Assembly: GCA_031441465.1 (NCBI GenBank) | Contig: JANOEP010000047.1 | Span: 1 to 64,000, forward strand | Length of the DNA: 64,000 nucleotides | Direction: 5' to 3' | Source: a bacterium | GTDB taxonomy: Bacteria; Krumholzibacteriota; Krumholzibacteriia; LZORAL124-64-63 | Shown here: in pieces, positions 27,886-38,974 of the stretch | Position numbering within the stretch: position 1 is the stretch's first letter | How the letters are laid out: each line of letters opens with the position of its first letter | Made by a program: the position numbers and the translations under genes | The notes under the pieces: model-generated | What the model was told of the DNA's origin: nothing | Seen by the model: the letters and a program-made list of their open reading frames with translations, nothing else | The model's database searches: none

Positions 27886-30228
27886 ATGCCGTTCGGCCAT
27901 CAGAGTTTCCGTCGATGCCGCCCGTCGGCGCTGCTGTCGCTGCTGGCCGCGTCGGCGGTGCTGGCCGCCCTCGCCGGTCCTTCGTCCGCCCAGGACGTCC
28001 CGCCCGAACTCGTCGAGCAGGCGCTGCGCCGGTCGGGTCTCACCCAGCAGGAGCTGATGCAGCGCCTACAGGAGCAGGGCGTGGCGGCGGTCGACACGAC
28101 CCTGCCGCCCGGCCGCACCGCGCTGCCGCCCGGCCCCCTCGTGATCCTGCCCTTCGACCTGGAGACGGCCGTCGTTCCCGTCGCCGCCACCGCCGAGACG
28201 CTGCTGACCACCGAAGGCGCCCTGTTCGGCTCCGACTTCTTCCGCCTCGATCCAGGCGTGTTCGCGCCGCCGGCCTTCGGCCCGGTACCGCCCGACTACG
28301 TGCTCGGTCCCGGGGACCAGGTCAGCGTGGACGTGTTCGGCGAGGTCGAGTTCCGCCTCGAGCGCGTGGTGGACCGCGACGGCGGCATCATCCTGCCCAA
28401 GGGCGGCAAGGTGCTCTGCGCCGGCCGCACGCTGGAGCAGGTAACCCGTGCGGTGCGCGAGAAGCTGGCCGGCTCCTACTCCGGCATCGACCCGTCGGGC
28501 GAGGGGGGCTCCACGTTCGTGGACGTCAGCCTGGGTGCCCTGCGCGCCATCCGCGTGTTCGTGGTGGGCGAAGCCCGCCAGCCGGGCGCCTATGAGCTGA
28601 CCAGCCTGTCGACCGCCTTCACGGCCCTCTACGCGGCCGGCGGCCCCAACGCCCAGGGCAGCCTGCGGCGGATCCAGGTCCTGCGCGGCAACGCGGTCAT
28701 GGCCGAGATCGATTTCTACCGCTACCTGCTGGAGGGCCGCCGCGGCGACGACCCCGTCCTGCGCGACGGCGACACGGTGCTGATCCCCGCTCGCACGACC
28801 ACGGTGCGCGTCGAGGGGGAGGTGCGCCGCCCCCAGACCTACGAACTGCTGGACGGCGAGGACGTCCTGGACCTGATCCGCTACGCCGGCGGCTTCACGG
28901 CCGAGGCGGTGGCCGACGTCGTGCACGTCACGCGGATCGTGCCGCTCCCCGAACGCCGGCCCGAGCAGCCCGACCGCGTGCAGTCCGACCTGAACCTGCT
29001 GCTGAAAATGAAGCATCTGCTGCGCGACGCCGACGTTGTGGGCGTGGACCGCATCCCGGAGCGCCTGGAAAACTGGGTCGAGGCCCAGGGCAACGTGAAG
29101 AACCCCGGTCGCTACCAGTTCCGCGAAGGGATGACGGTTGCCGACCTGGTCCGCCAGGCGGGCGGGCTCTGGGCCGACACGCTGCCCGAGCGGGCCCTGA
29201 TCGAGCGGCTCGACCCCGACCTCACCTACCGCACCATCGAGGTGGCCCTGGCCGACGTGATGTCCGGCGCGTCGCCACCGACGCCGCTGCAGTCCCGGGA
29301 CAAGCTGCGGGTCTTCTCGCGCTGGGATCTGCAGGACCGCTACCGGGTGAGCATGTCCGGTGAGGTGCGCACGCCCGGCGAGTTCGATTTCCGCGAGGGG
29401 ATGACCCTGGGCGACCTGATCCTGCTGGCCGGCGGCCTGCGCGAGTCGGCCGACGTGCTGCACGCGGAGGTTTCGCGCCTGCGCCGCGCCGCCGTCGAGA
29501 GCCGCGACATCGCGGCGCCGCCGCTGAGCACGGTTGAGGTCATCGACGTCGACCTGGGCGAGGACTGGCTGCGGTCGGGCGGCGTGTTCGTCCTGGAACC
29601 GCACGATCGCGTCGCCGTGCGACGGTTGCCCTGGTGGGAACTGCCGCGCATCGTCACCCTCCAGGGCGAGGTGTACTACCCGGGGACGTACGCGCTGGAG
29701 CGTCCCGACGAGCGGCTCTCCTCGGTGATCGCCCGTGCCGGCGGCCTGAAGCCGACGGCCTACGCTCCCGCCGCCCGCATCGTGCGCGGCAAGGACGACA
29801 TCGGCAACATGGCCCTCGACCTCGACCGGGCGCTGGATAAGCCCGGCAGCGAGCAGGACGCCATCCTCGAGCAGGGCGACGACATCCGCATCCCGGCGCG
29901 CCCCTACACCGTGAAGGTCACCGGTGCGGTCGGCTTCCCCACGAGCATCGTCTACGAGAAGGGCCACAGCCTCGGCGACTACATCTCCCGCGCCGGCGGC
30001 TACGCCCACGAGGCGGACAAGTGGAAGACGCACGTCGTCTATCCCAACGGGATGTCCAAGCAGATCAAGAGAGTCTGGGGGGATCCGGACGTGATGCCGG
30101 GGTCGACGATCGTGGTGCCGGTCAAGGTGCCCGAAACGGGGCCGAGCAGCATGGAGACGTTGAAGGAGATCGCCAGCATCCTGGCCAGTGCGGCGACGAT
30201 CTACTTGGTGATCGACAGGACACAGTGA
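27886..30228 (+). CDS. Polysaccharide export protein with multiple SLBB domains (Wza/KpsD-like)
   Basis: FG.DFF, PPDYVLGPGD, repeated V.V.GEV..PG.Y...AGG SLBB units. Confidence 0.92.
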   Translation: MPFGHQSFRRCRPSALLSLLAASAVLAALAGPSSAQDVPPELVEQALRRSGLTQQELMQRLQEQGVAAVDTTLPPGRTALPPGPLVILPFDLETAVVPVAATAETLLTTEGALFGSDFFRLDPGVFAPPAFGPVPPDYVLGPGDQVSVDVFGEVEFRLERVVDRDGGIILPKGGKVLCAGRTLEQVTRAVREKLAGSYSGIDPSGEGGSTFVDVSLGALRAIRVFVVGEARQPGAYELTSLSTAFTALYAAGGPNAQGSLRRIQVLRGNAVMAEIDFYRYLLEGRRGDDPVLRDGDTVLIPARTTTVRVEGEVRRPQTYELLDGEDVLDLIRYAGGFTAEAVADVVHVTRIVPLPERRPEQPDRVQSDLNLLLKMKHLLRDADVVGVDRIPERLENWVEAQGNVKNPGRYQFREGMTVADLVRQAGGLWADTLPERALIERLDPDLTYRTIEVALADVMSGASPPTPLQSRDKLRVFSRWDLQDRYRVSMSGEVRTPGEFDFREGMTLGDLILLAGGLRESADVLHAEVSRLRRAAVESRDIAAPPLSTVEVIDVDLGEDWLRSGGVFVLEPHDRVAVRRLPWWELPRIVTLQGEVYYPGTYALERPDERLSSVIARAGGLKPTAYAPAARIVRGKDDIGNMALDLDRALDKPGSEQDAILEQGDDIRIPARPYTVKVTGAVGFPTSIVYEKGHSLGDYISRAGGYAHEADKWKTHVVYPNGMSKQIKRVWGDPDVMPGSTIVVPVKVPETGPSSMETLKEIASILASAATIYLVIDRTQ

Positions 30229-31217
30229 TGACACGGGTGTACGACGAAATGCCGGCATCGACCGGCGACGACGAGATCGGTGTCGCGCAATTGACCAGGT
30301 TGATGTGGAGGAGCCGACGCCTGATCGCAGCAGTTATCCTGACCTGCGGCGTCATCGCCGCCGTGATCTCTCTGCTGTTGCCGCCGATCTATACGGCCCG
30401 GGTCTCGCTCTTGCCGCGCGACCAGGGCAGCCAACAGAATTTACTGGGTCAACTCGCGTCCCTGACGAACATGCAACTCGGTAACGGATCCACCTACGAA
30501 GACCTTTATGGCCAGATCATCACTTCCAACAGGGTACTTGACAGGATACTCGACGAACAGTGGAGCAGGTATGCCGGAGACGAGCCCAGGCCGTTGATGG
30601 AGCTGCTCGGGTCGCGCAAGCACCCTGACGTTTCAGTCAAGACATGGGCCGAGCGGGAGCGCTTCAAGAGCAACCTCAAGCGGCAGGTCATTTCCTTCGA
30701 GCGCCGCGCCGCAACGGGCTACATGCAGATCAGTGTTAGTCTTCCCCGGTGGCCCGAACTCGCAGCGGAATTGGCGAATGCGCTCGCCGGCGAACTCGAC
30801 GCCTACCTCCAGGAGATGTCGCGGGGCAGGGCCTCAGAGCAAAGACGCTTCATCTCGGATCGGCTCGATGAAATCCGGATTGAACTCGATGCGGCCGCAT
30901 CCAGCCTGGCGGATTTCGAATCGCAGAACCGGTCCTTCGCAACCTCTCCATTACTTAGCCGACGCCATACGGAATTGACCCGCGACCTGCAGGTCCAGAC
31001 AGCGGTTTGGATCGAATTGAAGAGGCAGCTCGAAATTGCCAAGATCGACGAAAACAAGGATGTGATCGCGATCGAGGTGCTTGATTCCGCGACGGTACCC
31101 TTCGTCCGCTCTGCCCCGAGCCGATCGCTGATCACCCTCGGCGGAGCCGCGCTCGGATTCGTGCTGGCATGCGGTTGGGTTCTGGTCCGCGGGCGCTCTG
31201 CGACTTCGGGGAACTGA
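30228..31217 (+). CDS. Chain-length determinant (Wzz/PCP family)
   Basis: Two terminal TM helices, P.YTA...LLP, coiled coil, VLD.A.VP...S.P.R; no kinase domain. Confidence 0.85.
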   Translation: MTRVYDEMPASTGDDEIGVAQLTRLMWRSRRLIAAVILTCGVIAAVISLLLPPIYTARVSLLPRDQGSQQNLLGQLASLTNMQLGNGSTYEDLYGQIITSNRVLDRILDEQWSRYAGDEPRPLMELLGSRKHPDVSVKTWAERERFKSNLKRQVISFERRAATGYMQISVSLPRWPELAAELANALAGELDAYLQEMSRGRASEQRRFISDRLDEIRIELDAAASSLADFESQNRSFATSPLLSRRHTELTRDLQVQTAVWIELKRQLEIAKIDENKDVIAIEVLDSATVPFVRSAPSRSLITLGGAALGFVLACGWVLVRGRSATSGN

Positions 31218-31218
31218 G

Positions 31219-32448
31219 GTGAATGGCGCGGCAGCTGAGGAATCCCGTGCGAGATGTTCGATCCTGGAGGCGGCAGCCGTCGTCAGCCTGGCGGTTTTAC
31301 TGCAGGGCATGCTGATCTGGCAGTTCGTGCTTCCGGGTGCGCTTTCCGGATCCAGGAGTCTGATCGTCGGCTCGGTGGCGGCTGCGCTCAATCTCGCGGT
31401 GGCGGCCAGGTCGGGTTTGCGGGCATCACGGCGCACGATTTTCATGTCGTTGTGCCTGCTGGCTGCGGTCCTCGTGTTGTTCCTGTCCATGTTGCGTTTC
31501 GAGCCCTCGTCCTATGGGGTCTGGAAAACGCAGGGCTTCATCCTCTACGCAGTCATGCCTTCGATGGCGATCCTGTGGAACCACAGGAATCGCCCGGCCC
31601 GCACTCTTCTCCTCTACAAATGTTTGCTGATTCTGTCCGTCGTTCCCCTGTTCCTGCCGCTTCTGCTGCAGCAGGCCTCCGGAACGGCTTCCATGAGGTG
31701 GCTGCTGCTGCATTTCGAATTCGACATCATCGGCATCAGCCGATCCCTGGGTGTCGGCGGCCTGATCGCCTCGACGATGGCCATGTCGGCGCGCCGATGG
31801 AACGCCGCAATGTTGTTGCTGTACCTGATCGTGCTCGTTATCGGGCAAATCGTGGTGGGAGAACGCGGGCCCTTGCTGGCGCTCATCTGCGGACTTGCCG
31901 TCTTGTGCTGGCCGCTGCTCAGCGATCGAAACTCTCCCCGCAGCAAGCGGATGATCCGCTTTGCCGGCACGGCGATCGTCTTCGTGTTCGGAGTCGTCGC
32001 GTTGAGCTTTCTCTTCGTTCAGCGCTCGAAAAGCGAGCACCAGGAATACAGGATGGACATCGCAAGACAGGGGTGGGTGGAACTCCAGTCCTCCCCGATT
32101 TGGGGCATCGGCACCGGTCATTTCAGGTACAACGAGGGTCCGCTGGGCACGCGCCAGTTCGTGCATAATCTCTTGGGCGAAGTGTTGGTTGAGACCGGAG
32201 TGGTCGGACTCTTGGTCTTCAGCACTTACTTCGTCGCCGGCTGGCGAGGATTGCGCAGGAGCGTGGGAAACCGGAACGCGCCGAAGCTCCTACGTCAGGG
32301 GGCCGCAGGTCTTTTCGTGTTCGCCGTGGTGTGCGCCATGGTAAGTGGCGATCTCACAACGAACTACCTTGTTTGGGTGTCACAGGCACTTCTGGTCGTC
32401 TCTTTCAGCGGCCAAGGCGCGATCGGTCCCCCGCAATCGAGGCGATGA
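31219..32448 (+). CDS. O-antigen ligase/polymerase-family membrane protein
   Basis: Multi-TM; ERGP, R.......P.WGIG.G.F, HN...E...ETG..G (Wzy_C-like). Confidence 0.8.
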   Translation: MNGAAAEESRARCSILEAAAVVSLAVLLQGMLIWQFVLPGALSGSRSLIVGSVAAALNLAVAARSGLRASRRTIFMSLCLLAAVLVLFLSMLRFEPSSYGVWKTQGFILYAVMPSMAILWNHRNRPARTLLLYKCLLILSVVPLFLPLLLQQASGTASMRWLLLHFEFDIIGISRSLGVGGLIASTMAMSARRWNAAMLLLYLIVLVIGQIVVGERGPLLALICGLAVLCWPLLSDRNSPRSKRMIRFAGTAIVFVFGVVALSFLFVQRSKSEHQEYRMDIARQGWVELQSSPIWGIGTGHFRYNEGPLGTRQFVHNLLGEVLVETGVVGLLVFSTYFVAGWRGLRRSVGNRNAPKLLRQGAAGLFVFAVVCAMVSGDLTTNYLVWVSQALLVVSFSGQGAIGPPQSRR

Positions 32449-34026
32449 TTGCTGACATCGACACGAATCGTCATCAATGCCGCCAGTCGGGGTCTTGCGA
32501 CGCTCGCCAATGCTGCGGTAGGCCTGATGCTGGTGCCGTATATGATCGGCCATTACGGTCGCGACGGCTATGGTCTCGTGTCGCTCGTCGTCGCCATGGT
32601 CGGCATGTCCGCGGTGGCGGATTTGGGCCTGCGAGGATCCCTGGGTCGATTTCTCTCTGAGCACGCGGCATTGCAGAATGTGGCGCGATTCAACGAGCAG
32701 GCCAGCAGCGCGTTGTCGATCTACCTGTTGATGGGGATCACGCTGGCCTCGACCTGTCTTGTCCTGTCGGCCGACATCGTCGACGCCCTGAATATCCCCG
32801 AACAGCTCACGCGCGAGGCGCTGTTCATCATCCGCTGCTACGGATCCCTCGGACTCCTGTTGACCTTCATTGCTGCGGCATTCGAGACGATGATCGCCAG
32901 CAGCAACCGATTCGACCTGATCAACAATATCCAGACCGGTGTGGGGTTGTTGAGAGGCGCTCTGATCGTCGGCGTCATCAGCTTGTCCGATTGGGGCATC
33001 ACGGGTTGGGCTTTGGCGATGTCCATGGCCCTGATCGTGAACCTGATGCTGCTGGGATTCACGGCTTGGCGCATCACGCCGGGTTTGCGTCTGCGCTTGT
33101 CCCTGGTCAGCCGCAAGGCCGTTATGGCACTGCTGTCCCTGGGCGGATATGTTTTCGCCCTGCAGTTGACGGCCTTGATCGGGATTCGGGTCGATCCGAT
33201 CATCCTGACTGCTGTGCTCGGAACCGCCGCGGTGACGCTTTACGCCCCGGCCGCCTCGCTTGCCAATGCCCTCCATCCACTGGTGGAGACGCTTTCACAT
33301 CAATTCTCGCCGCTGGCAACCGGATATCACGTCAGGGGAGACACGCGGCACCTCCAGGATCTGTTGCTGAGGGGAACGCGCTACACGCTGTTGATGGGGA
33401 TTCCCGTTTGTACGATCCTGGCGGTTTTTGCCGACAGGATATGTGCTGCCTGGTTGGGAACAACACTGGGAGCCGATGTGGCCACGGTGGCTAGTATGTT
33501 GATCCTATGGTCGGTGATCGACTTTTTCAACTATGCGGGTGGCGTCCATTACCCGACCCTACTGGGTATGAATCGGTTGCGATTCCTCGTCATGTTGGAA
33601 GTCCCCCTCGCCGTTCTTAACGTCGCCGGATCGATCCTGCTTGTGCGGTACTCACAACTCGGTGTCGTGGGCGTGATCGTGCCGACGGCGATCATCACAG
33701 CCGTCAGACGGCCGGTGACCGCCCTCTATACCGCCAAGGCCTGTGGTCTTTCCGGACAGGAATACTTCCGGGCTTCCTACCGACGCCCGTTGGTCGTGGC
33801 CATGATATTAGTGTTGGCTGCTCTCGGTCTCGACAATGTGGTGAATTCCACATCCCTCATCGCGCTGGTGTCGTGTGTGTTGCTCACGATCATGTTGTGG
33901 GTCGTTCTTTGTTGGGTGCTTGGCTTTGAAAAGAACGATCGCGTGGTTTTTGTGCAGATTGCCGGCCGATTCAAGTCGTACCTGAGACTCGGCGGCGGGG
34001 TTGCGCCCGGTGATAGACGCCGGTAG
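32449..34026 (+). CDS. Second Wzx-type flippase
   Basis: About 12-14 hydrophobic segments; G...YGL, DLGL..S..RF, D.II...LG...V..Y motifs; start uncertain. Confidence 0.82.
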   Translation: MLTSTRIVINAASRGLATLANAAVGLMLVPYMIGHYGRDGYGLVSLVVAMVGMSAVADLGLRGSLGRFLSEHAALQNVARFNEQASSALSIYLLMGITLASTCLVLSADIVDALNIPEQLTREALFIIRCYGSLGLLLTFIAAAFETMIASSNRFDLINNIQTGVGLLRGALIVGVISLSDWGITGWALAMSMALIVNLMLLGFTAWRITPGLRLRLSLVSRKAVMALLSLGGYVFALQLTALIGIRVDPIILTAVLGTAAVTLYAPAASLANALHPLVETLSHQFSPLATGYHVRGDTRHLQDLLLRGTRYTLLMGIPVCTILAVFADRICAAWLGTTLGADVATVASMLILWSVIDFFNYAGGVHYPTLLGMNRLRFLVMLEVPLAVLNVAGSILLVRYSQLGVVGVIVPTAIITAVRRPVTALYTAKACGLSGQEYFRASYRRPLVVAMILVLAALGLDNVVNSTSLIALVSCVLLTIMLWVVLCWVLGFEKNDRVVFVQIAGRFKSYLRLGGGVAPGDRRR

Positions 34027-34118
34027 CTTCCGGAAGTGGGGAGGCCACGAATACCCTTGCGGCCAACAATTCAACAATTGAACCAACGTCATCGGGGTCG
34101 GGTTGTGGAGGCCGCACC

Positions 34119-35390
34119 GTGAAATCAGTTCTGATCGTGTTCGAATCCGCGTTTCGGTTTTCATGGCAAGGATCGACATCCCGGATTTTGGATGTTTCAC
34201 GTGCGCTCTCAGGCCGTGGTTGGAGTTGCACCTTGTTGGCGGGGGCTGCCGATCGGATAACCCCAGGCGTGTCGCCGGAGAATGAATTCGTCGGGTCTGT
34301 GGTGCGGACGCCCTTTTCCGGCATCTACCCGCAACACCTGCGGGGCCGCCTGCCGCGCTGGATGTACCGTGAATACCTGTCATTGACGGGTCGGGGTCGT
34401 CGCGTCCGGGATCCCGATCGGGGATGGCCGGCCAGAGCATCGGATTGGTATACCGCGAATCGTCCGGACCGCCCTGATGTGGTGATCGGCATGACAACAG
34501 GGCATGTCGGGAGCCTGGTTGCCGCCCGTCGGATTGCCGACCACTTCGCTTCTCCGTTGGTGCTCGAGTTCCAGGATCCCTGTCCCTCTTTGGAAATGAA
34601 GACCCATGCGGCCGAACTCTCGGCATTGGTGCAGACGATCCAGGCGTCGGCCCTGATCCTGACGACGACGCGAAACATGGCCGAAGACATTGCCGTCCGT
34701 CACTCCATGAGCCGGGATCGGATCGTGCCCGTCTTCATGTCGTATGATGAGGCGAGGCACCCCACACAGCCCGACGATGGTGGACGGAATACCGTGATTC
34801 TGCACGCGGGAGCACTCGCCGGCGGCCAAGGCCGGAACGTCAGGATCGTCGTCGAAGCCCTGGCCAAGGTGATCGCCCGAAATCCGGAATACGAGGAGCG
34901 TTTAGGGCTCGACCTCCTGGGTGCCGGCATTGGTGGAGCGGAGGCCATACAGCTCGCCAGGGAACTGGGGATCGGCCGGGTCGTCCGCCTGCTGCCGGAA
35001 GAGCCCAGAGACGACGCCCTAGCCAGGATGTCGCGTTCTGGGATCCTGCTCCTGGTCAAGTACGCCGATCCCAAGTACTCATCTCAGATTCCCGGAAAAT
35101 TGTTTCAATATCTTGGTCGAGGATTGCCGATCCTGGGAGTCATGCCGGTGAAGAGCGAGGCTGCGGATATTCTGCAGCAATCCGGCCTCGGTGCCGTTTT
35201 CGACAATCAAGACCTCGATGGAATCACAGATTTCATCAGCGAATTTGCGATGGACGCCGAAAGGCTGTCCGCGAGATACACGCCCAACTGGGATTATATC
35301 CAGCAGTTCTCGCTCGCATCTCTCGGCAGGCAACTGAATGGCCTCTTGTCGGACGTATGCCGAGATTTCACGGATCTGCACACAACTTGA
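34119..35390 (+). CDS. Glycosyltransferase (GT4-like)
   Basis: EFQDP, ILHAGAL...R, IPGKLFQYL..G.PILG. Confidence 0.8.
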   Translation: MKSVLIVFESAFRFSWQGSTSRILDVSRALSGRGWSCTLLAGAADRITPGVSPENEFVGSVVRTPFSGIYPQHLRGRLPRWMYREYLSLTGRGRRVRDPDRGWPARASDWYTANRPDRPDVVIGMTTGHVGSLVAARRIADHFASPLVLEFQDPCPSLEMKTHAAELSALVQTIQASALILTTTRNMAEDIAVRHSMSRDRIVPVFMSYDEARHPTQPDDGGRNTVILHAGALAGGQGRNVRIVVEALAKVIARNPEYEERLGLDLLGAGIGGAEAIQLARELGIGRVVRLLPEEPRDDALARMSRSGILLLVKYADPKYSSQIPGKLFQYLGRGLPILGVMPVKSEAADILQQSGLGAVFDNQDLDGITDFISEFAMDAERLSARYTPNWDYIQQFSLASLGRQLNGLLSDVCRDFTDLHTT

Positions 35391-35476
35391 GTGCCGGCGC
35401 TGGTCGAGGTTGCAATCGTGGCCCGGACGCCGGAAGGTCGCCGGGGGCGGGTATTCACCAGGATACAGGTGATGAA

Positions 35477-36658
35477 ATGGATGCTCGGCGCAGGTTTCGA
35501 ATTCTGCAAGTCGGCGCCTTGTCGCTCTGGAAGGACCGGGGCGACTCCCTGCATGCGCGGGAGCTTGCCTTTGCGCTTCGCGAGGTGGGCGTAGAGCCGA
35601 TCCTGTTGAACCTCCCCGGGCCGAAGGCTCCTGCCGACAGCGAGTTGCACGAAGTCCGCGCCCCTGTCATCGCCATCAGGTTTCTCCGCCAACTCAGCTG
35701 GAACGTGACCGGCACCATCGCGGGGATTGCAGCCGTGCGCCGCTTCGACCCGGATGTGGTGTATTCGCGCATGGAACCCGGGATCTTCGTGGGGCTATTG
35801 GTGTCTCTGATCAGCGGCCGCCCCCTGATCGTCGAAATCAACGGATTGCCAACCGCCGACGTTCGACTCTACCGGCCGAACAATGCGGCGCTGATCGGTC
35901 TGACCCGCATTTGGGAAAAAACCATGTACGGCAGGGCCAACAGGGTCCTGGGGGCTGTCGGCTATATCCGTTTCGTTCAGGACCATTTCGGTGTAACCGA
36001 GAACAAGTGCATCGAAGCGCCGCTCGGGGTGAATACGTCGGTATTCACACCACTTGAGCGGCTGGAGTGTCTGGCGAAGCAAGGCCGCGAGGATGTGCCG
36101 ACGGTGGTATGGGCCGGCGTCATCTCCGCGTGGCAGGGGCTCGCGGTTCTGGTCGACGCCGTCGAAATCGTTGCCGATGGCTGTCCTGCTGTTCAATTCG
36201 TCGTTGTGGGCGGCGGCATCACCGAGGGATGGTTGAGGGATGAGATCGAGCGGGGTGGTCACGCAAGCAAGGTGTCACTCGTGGGTCAAAAACCCTACGG
36301 TGAAGTCAACGAGTACTTGGGTTGCGCCACGGTCTGCATCGCCACCTTTCCGGGCAACAGAGGCGATCAGGGCACCATCTCGTCACTGAAGACATTGACC
36401 TATCTCGCCTCGGGGCGGCCTGTGGTGACCAACGAAATGGACGAGATGGGCCAGCAAATCCAGGATGTGGGCGCGGGATTGATGGTGCCGCCCGACGATG
36501 CTCCGTCCCTCGCGGCGGCGATCCTGACGATACTGGGCGAGGACCATTCCACCTGGCGCGATCGTTGTGCTGCGTCCCAGCAGTTGGCGGAAAGTCAGAC
36601 CTGGCGCCACAAGGCGGAAATCATCGCAGGCTGTCTCGGTGATATTTCCGGACCTTGA
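35477..36658 (+). CDS. Glycosyltransferase family 4
   Basis: VEING, W.G....WQG, SSLK...YLASGRPVV. Confidence 0.82.
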   Translation: MDARRRFRILQVGALSLWKDRGDSLHARELAFALREVGVEPILLNLPGPKAPADSELHEVRAPVIAIRFLRQLSWNVTGTIAGIAAVRRFDPDVVYSRMEPGIFVGLLVSLISGRPLIVEINGLPTADVRLYRPNNAALIGLTRIWEKTMYGRANRVLGAVGYIRFVQDHFGVTENKCIEAPLGVNTSVFTPLERLECLAKQGREDVPTVVWAGVISAWQGLAVLVDAVEIVADGCPAVQFVVVGGGITEGWLRDEIERGGHASKVSLVGQKPYGEVNEYLGCATVCIATFPGNRGDQGTISSLKTLTYLASGRPVVTNEMDEMGQQIQDVGAGLMVPPDDAPSLAAAILTILGEDHSTWRDRCAASQQLAESQTWRHKAEIIAGCLGDISGP

Positions 36659-36719
36659 GATCCACGATCGATGGTCGGATGTAAGGCGATGGACTTGAAA
36701 AGGGGCAGGGGTCCGGAAA

Positions 36720-37820
36720 TTGAGAATACTCCAATTCAAGACCAGCGCCAGCCGGGGAGGCGCCGAGACGATGCTGCTGAGCTTGACCAGCGGTCTGGTT
36801 GTTCGCGGTCATGAGGTTGTGACGGTACTCGGGGAAAAGGGCTGGCTCGAGGGTCAGCTGGCGGCTAGAGGGTTGCCCTGTTCACGGCTTCCGCTGGTCA
36901 CATGGCGGGGACTTGCGGCGCTGCCCCGAATGATCGGCCTGATTCGCTCGTGGCGGCCCGATATTGTCCTCTCTCATGGCGCCCGCGTCAATATGTACGC
37001 AGCCATTGCCGCCGACATCGCCGGCGTGCCCAGTGTTGCGGTCGAGCACAATATCGATGGCTGGCGTGCGACTTCATCGTTCTACAACTTCATCGATAAG
37101 GCAGTGGCCAGGAAAAATGCGGGCAGGATTGCCGTCAGCAATGCCGTGCGCGTCATGCTGATCGAGAAAGGCATCCTTGATGGCGAACGCGTCATCGTCG
37201 TGCAAAACGGGGTGGAGTTCGCTGAAGGCGGCGCCACGCTGTCCCGTTCTGATCTGAGGAGGCGATTTTCATTCCCGGAAGATTCCCTGGTTGTGATCAC
37301 GGTCGCCAGACTCTCGCCCCAGAAGGGACATCGTGTGCTCATGGAATCTTTGGTGATGCTGTCTGGTCGCCATCCGTCCTTGCGGTGTCTGTTCCTTGGT
37401 GACGGCGAACTGAGGTCGCAACTGGAGGCGACGGCGCACGATATGGGAATCGAGAAGACGATCGTGTTCGCCGGCGCCGTCGATGACGTGATGGCGATGC
37501 TGCCGGTCTGTGATATTTTCGTGCTGCCCTCGCTCTGGGAGGGACTGCCGCTCGCCCTCATCGAGGCCATGGGCATGGGACTACCCGTCGTCGCCACGGA
37601 AGTTGCCGGCACACCGGAGGTCGTCAACAGTGGAATGACGGGACTGCTGGTGCGACCCGGGGACGCGGCCATGCTGGCGACGGCGATCGATCGACTGATC
37701 TTGGACGAGCCCCTTCGCCGCTCGCTGGCGGAGGCGGGACGGCGACATGTCCGCATCAATTTCGGCATGGCGAATGTCCTGGATGGTTACGAATCGGCGC
37801 TCGATCGGTGGCGACGATGA
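36720..37820 (+). CDS. Glycosyltransferase family 4
   Basis: GGAE, VARLSPQKGH, DIFVLPSLWEGLP...EAM. Confidence 0.92.
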   Translation: MRILQFKTSASRGGAETMLLSLTSGLVVRGHEVVTVLGEKGWLEGQLAARGLPCSRLPLVTWRGLAALPRMIGLIRSWRPDIVLSHGARVNMYAAIAADIAGVPSVAVEHNIDGWRATSSFYNFIDKAVARKNAGRIAVSNAVRVMLIEKGILDGERVIVVQNGVEFAEGGATLSRSDLRRRFSFPEDSLVVITVARLSPQKGHRVLMESLVMLSGRHPSLRCLFLGDGELRSQLEATAHDMGIEKTIVFAGAVDDVMAMLPVCDIFVLPSLWEGLPLALIEAMGMGLPVVATEVAGTPEVVNSGMTGLLVRPGDAAMLATAIDRLILDEPLRRSLAEAGRRHVRINFGMANVLDGYESALDRWRR

Positions 37821-38974
37821 AGGGAAATATCTGCCACGTCGTCGGCAACTCCAGCTTCGGCGGGGGTTCGATGATCGTCCTCGCCCTGGCCAAAAGGGCG
37901 GCATCAGAGGGCCTGCGCGTGCACGTGGTCGCGACCGACCGGGAATTCATCCGGCAGCTCACGGCGGCCGGCATCGAGGCTGTGCCGCTCGACTGCATCG
38001 AGCGATCGGTCAATCCGTATCGTGACGTTCGCGGCGCCTACTTGCTGTACAGGCACTTCAAGGCGGCCAAATACGATCTCGTCCACACGCATACGACAAA
38101 GGCCGGGATGATCGGTCGGTTCGCGGCGACGGCGGCGAAAGTTCCTCATGTGGTCCACACGGTTCATGGTTTTGCGTTCCACGAAGAAAGCGGCAAGACG
38201 GCGACGAAAATCATCGCGGCGTTGGAGCGCATCGCTGCGGGCTGGTGCCACCGGATCGTATGCGTCAGTCGGTTCCACCGCGAATGGGCGTTGCGGCTGC
38301 ATATCGCCGCAGCGGACAAGATCGTGGCCATCCCCAACGGGATCAACGCGCCGACGGTCGCGCCCGACTTCGACAGGGCGTCGTTCCGGCGCTCATTGGG
38401 CGTGGATGAAGGCGACCTGCTCGTCGTCGGTGTCGGCCGACTCGCGCCGCAGAAGGGATTCACCCATCTGATCGACGCCGCCGCCAAACTCGGAGACATC
38501 GGAGCATCCTGCCGATTCCTGGTGGCCGGCGAAGGGCCGCAGCGGAGTCATCTGGAGCGAAAAATCGTCGAAGTCGGTCTGACGGGGCGATTCGGATTGC
38601 TCGGCTATTGCGGGGACGTGGGAAGCCTGTATCTGGCCGCAGACATCATCGTCCAGCCGAGCCTATGGGAGGGATTGTCGATTTCGCTGCTTGAAGCCAT
38701 GTCACTGGGCAGGCCCATCGTCACCACCGATATCAGCAGCAACCGCGAAGTCGTCGGCGAATCAGGATCGGTCGTGCTGGTGCCGGCGGGGGATTCTGAC
38801 GCACTCGCCACGGCGATCCGTGATCTGATCGCGGACGTTGAGCGCTGTGTGACGATTTCGCAGATCGCCAAGACCGTCTATCAGGATGGGTACACCGAGG
38901 CCGGGATGACGAACACGTACCTGGATCTGTACCGGGAGATGCTGCTCGGGAGGGAAGGGGCGAACCGTGGCTGA
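37817..38974 (+). CDS. Glycosyltransferase family 4
   Basis: VHTHTTKAG..GR, HTVHGFAF, GRL.PQKG, PSLWEGL...LEAM. Confidence 0.92.
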   Translation: MKGNICHVVGNSSFGGGSMIVLALAKRAASEGLRVHVVATDREFIRQLTAAGIEAVPLDCIERSVNPYRDVRGAYLLYRHFKAAKYDLVHTHTTKAGMIGRFAATAAKVPHVVHTVHGFAFHEESGKTATKIIAALERIAAGWCHRIVCVSRFHREWALRLHIAAADKIVAIPNGINAPTVAPDFDRASFRRSLGVDEGDLLVVGVGRLAPQKGFTHLIDAAAKLGDIGASCRFLVAGEGPQRSHLERKIVEVGLTGRFGLLGYCGDVGSLYLAADIIVQPSLWEGLSISLLEAMSLGRPIVTTDISSNREVVGESGSVVLVPAGDSDALATAIRDLIADVERCVTISQIAKTVYQDGYTEAGMTNTYLDLYREMLLGREGANRG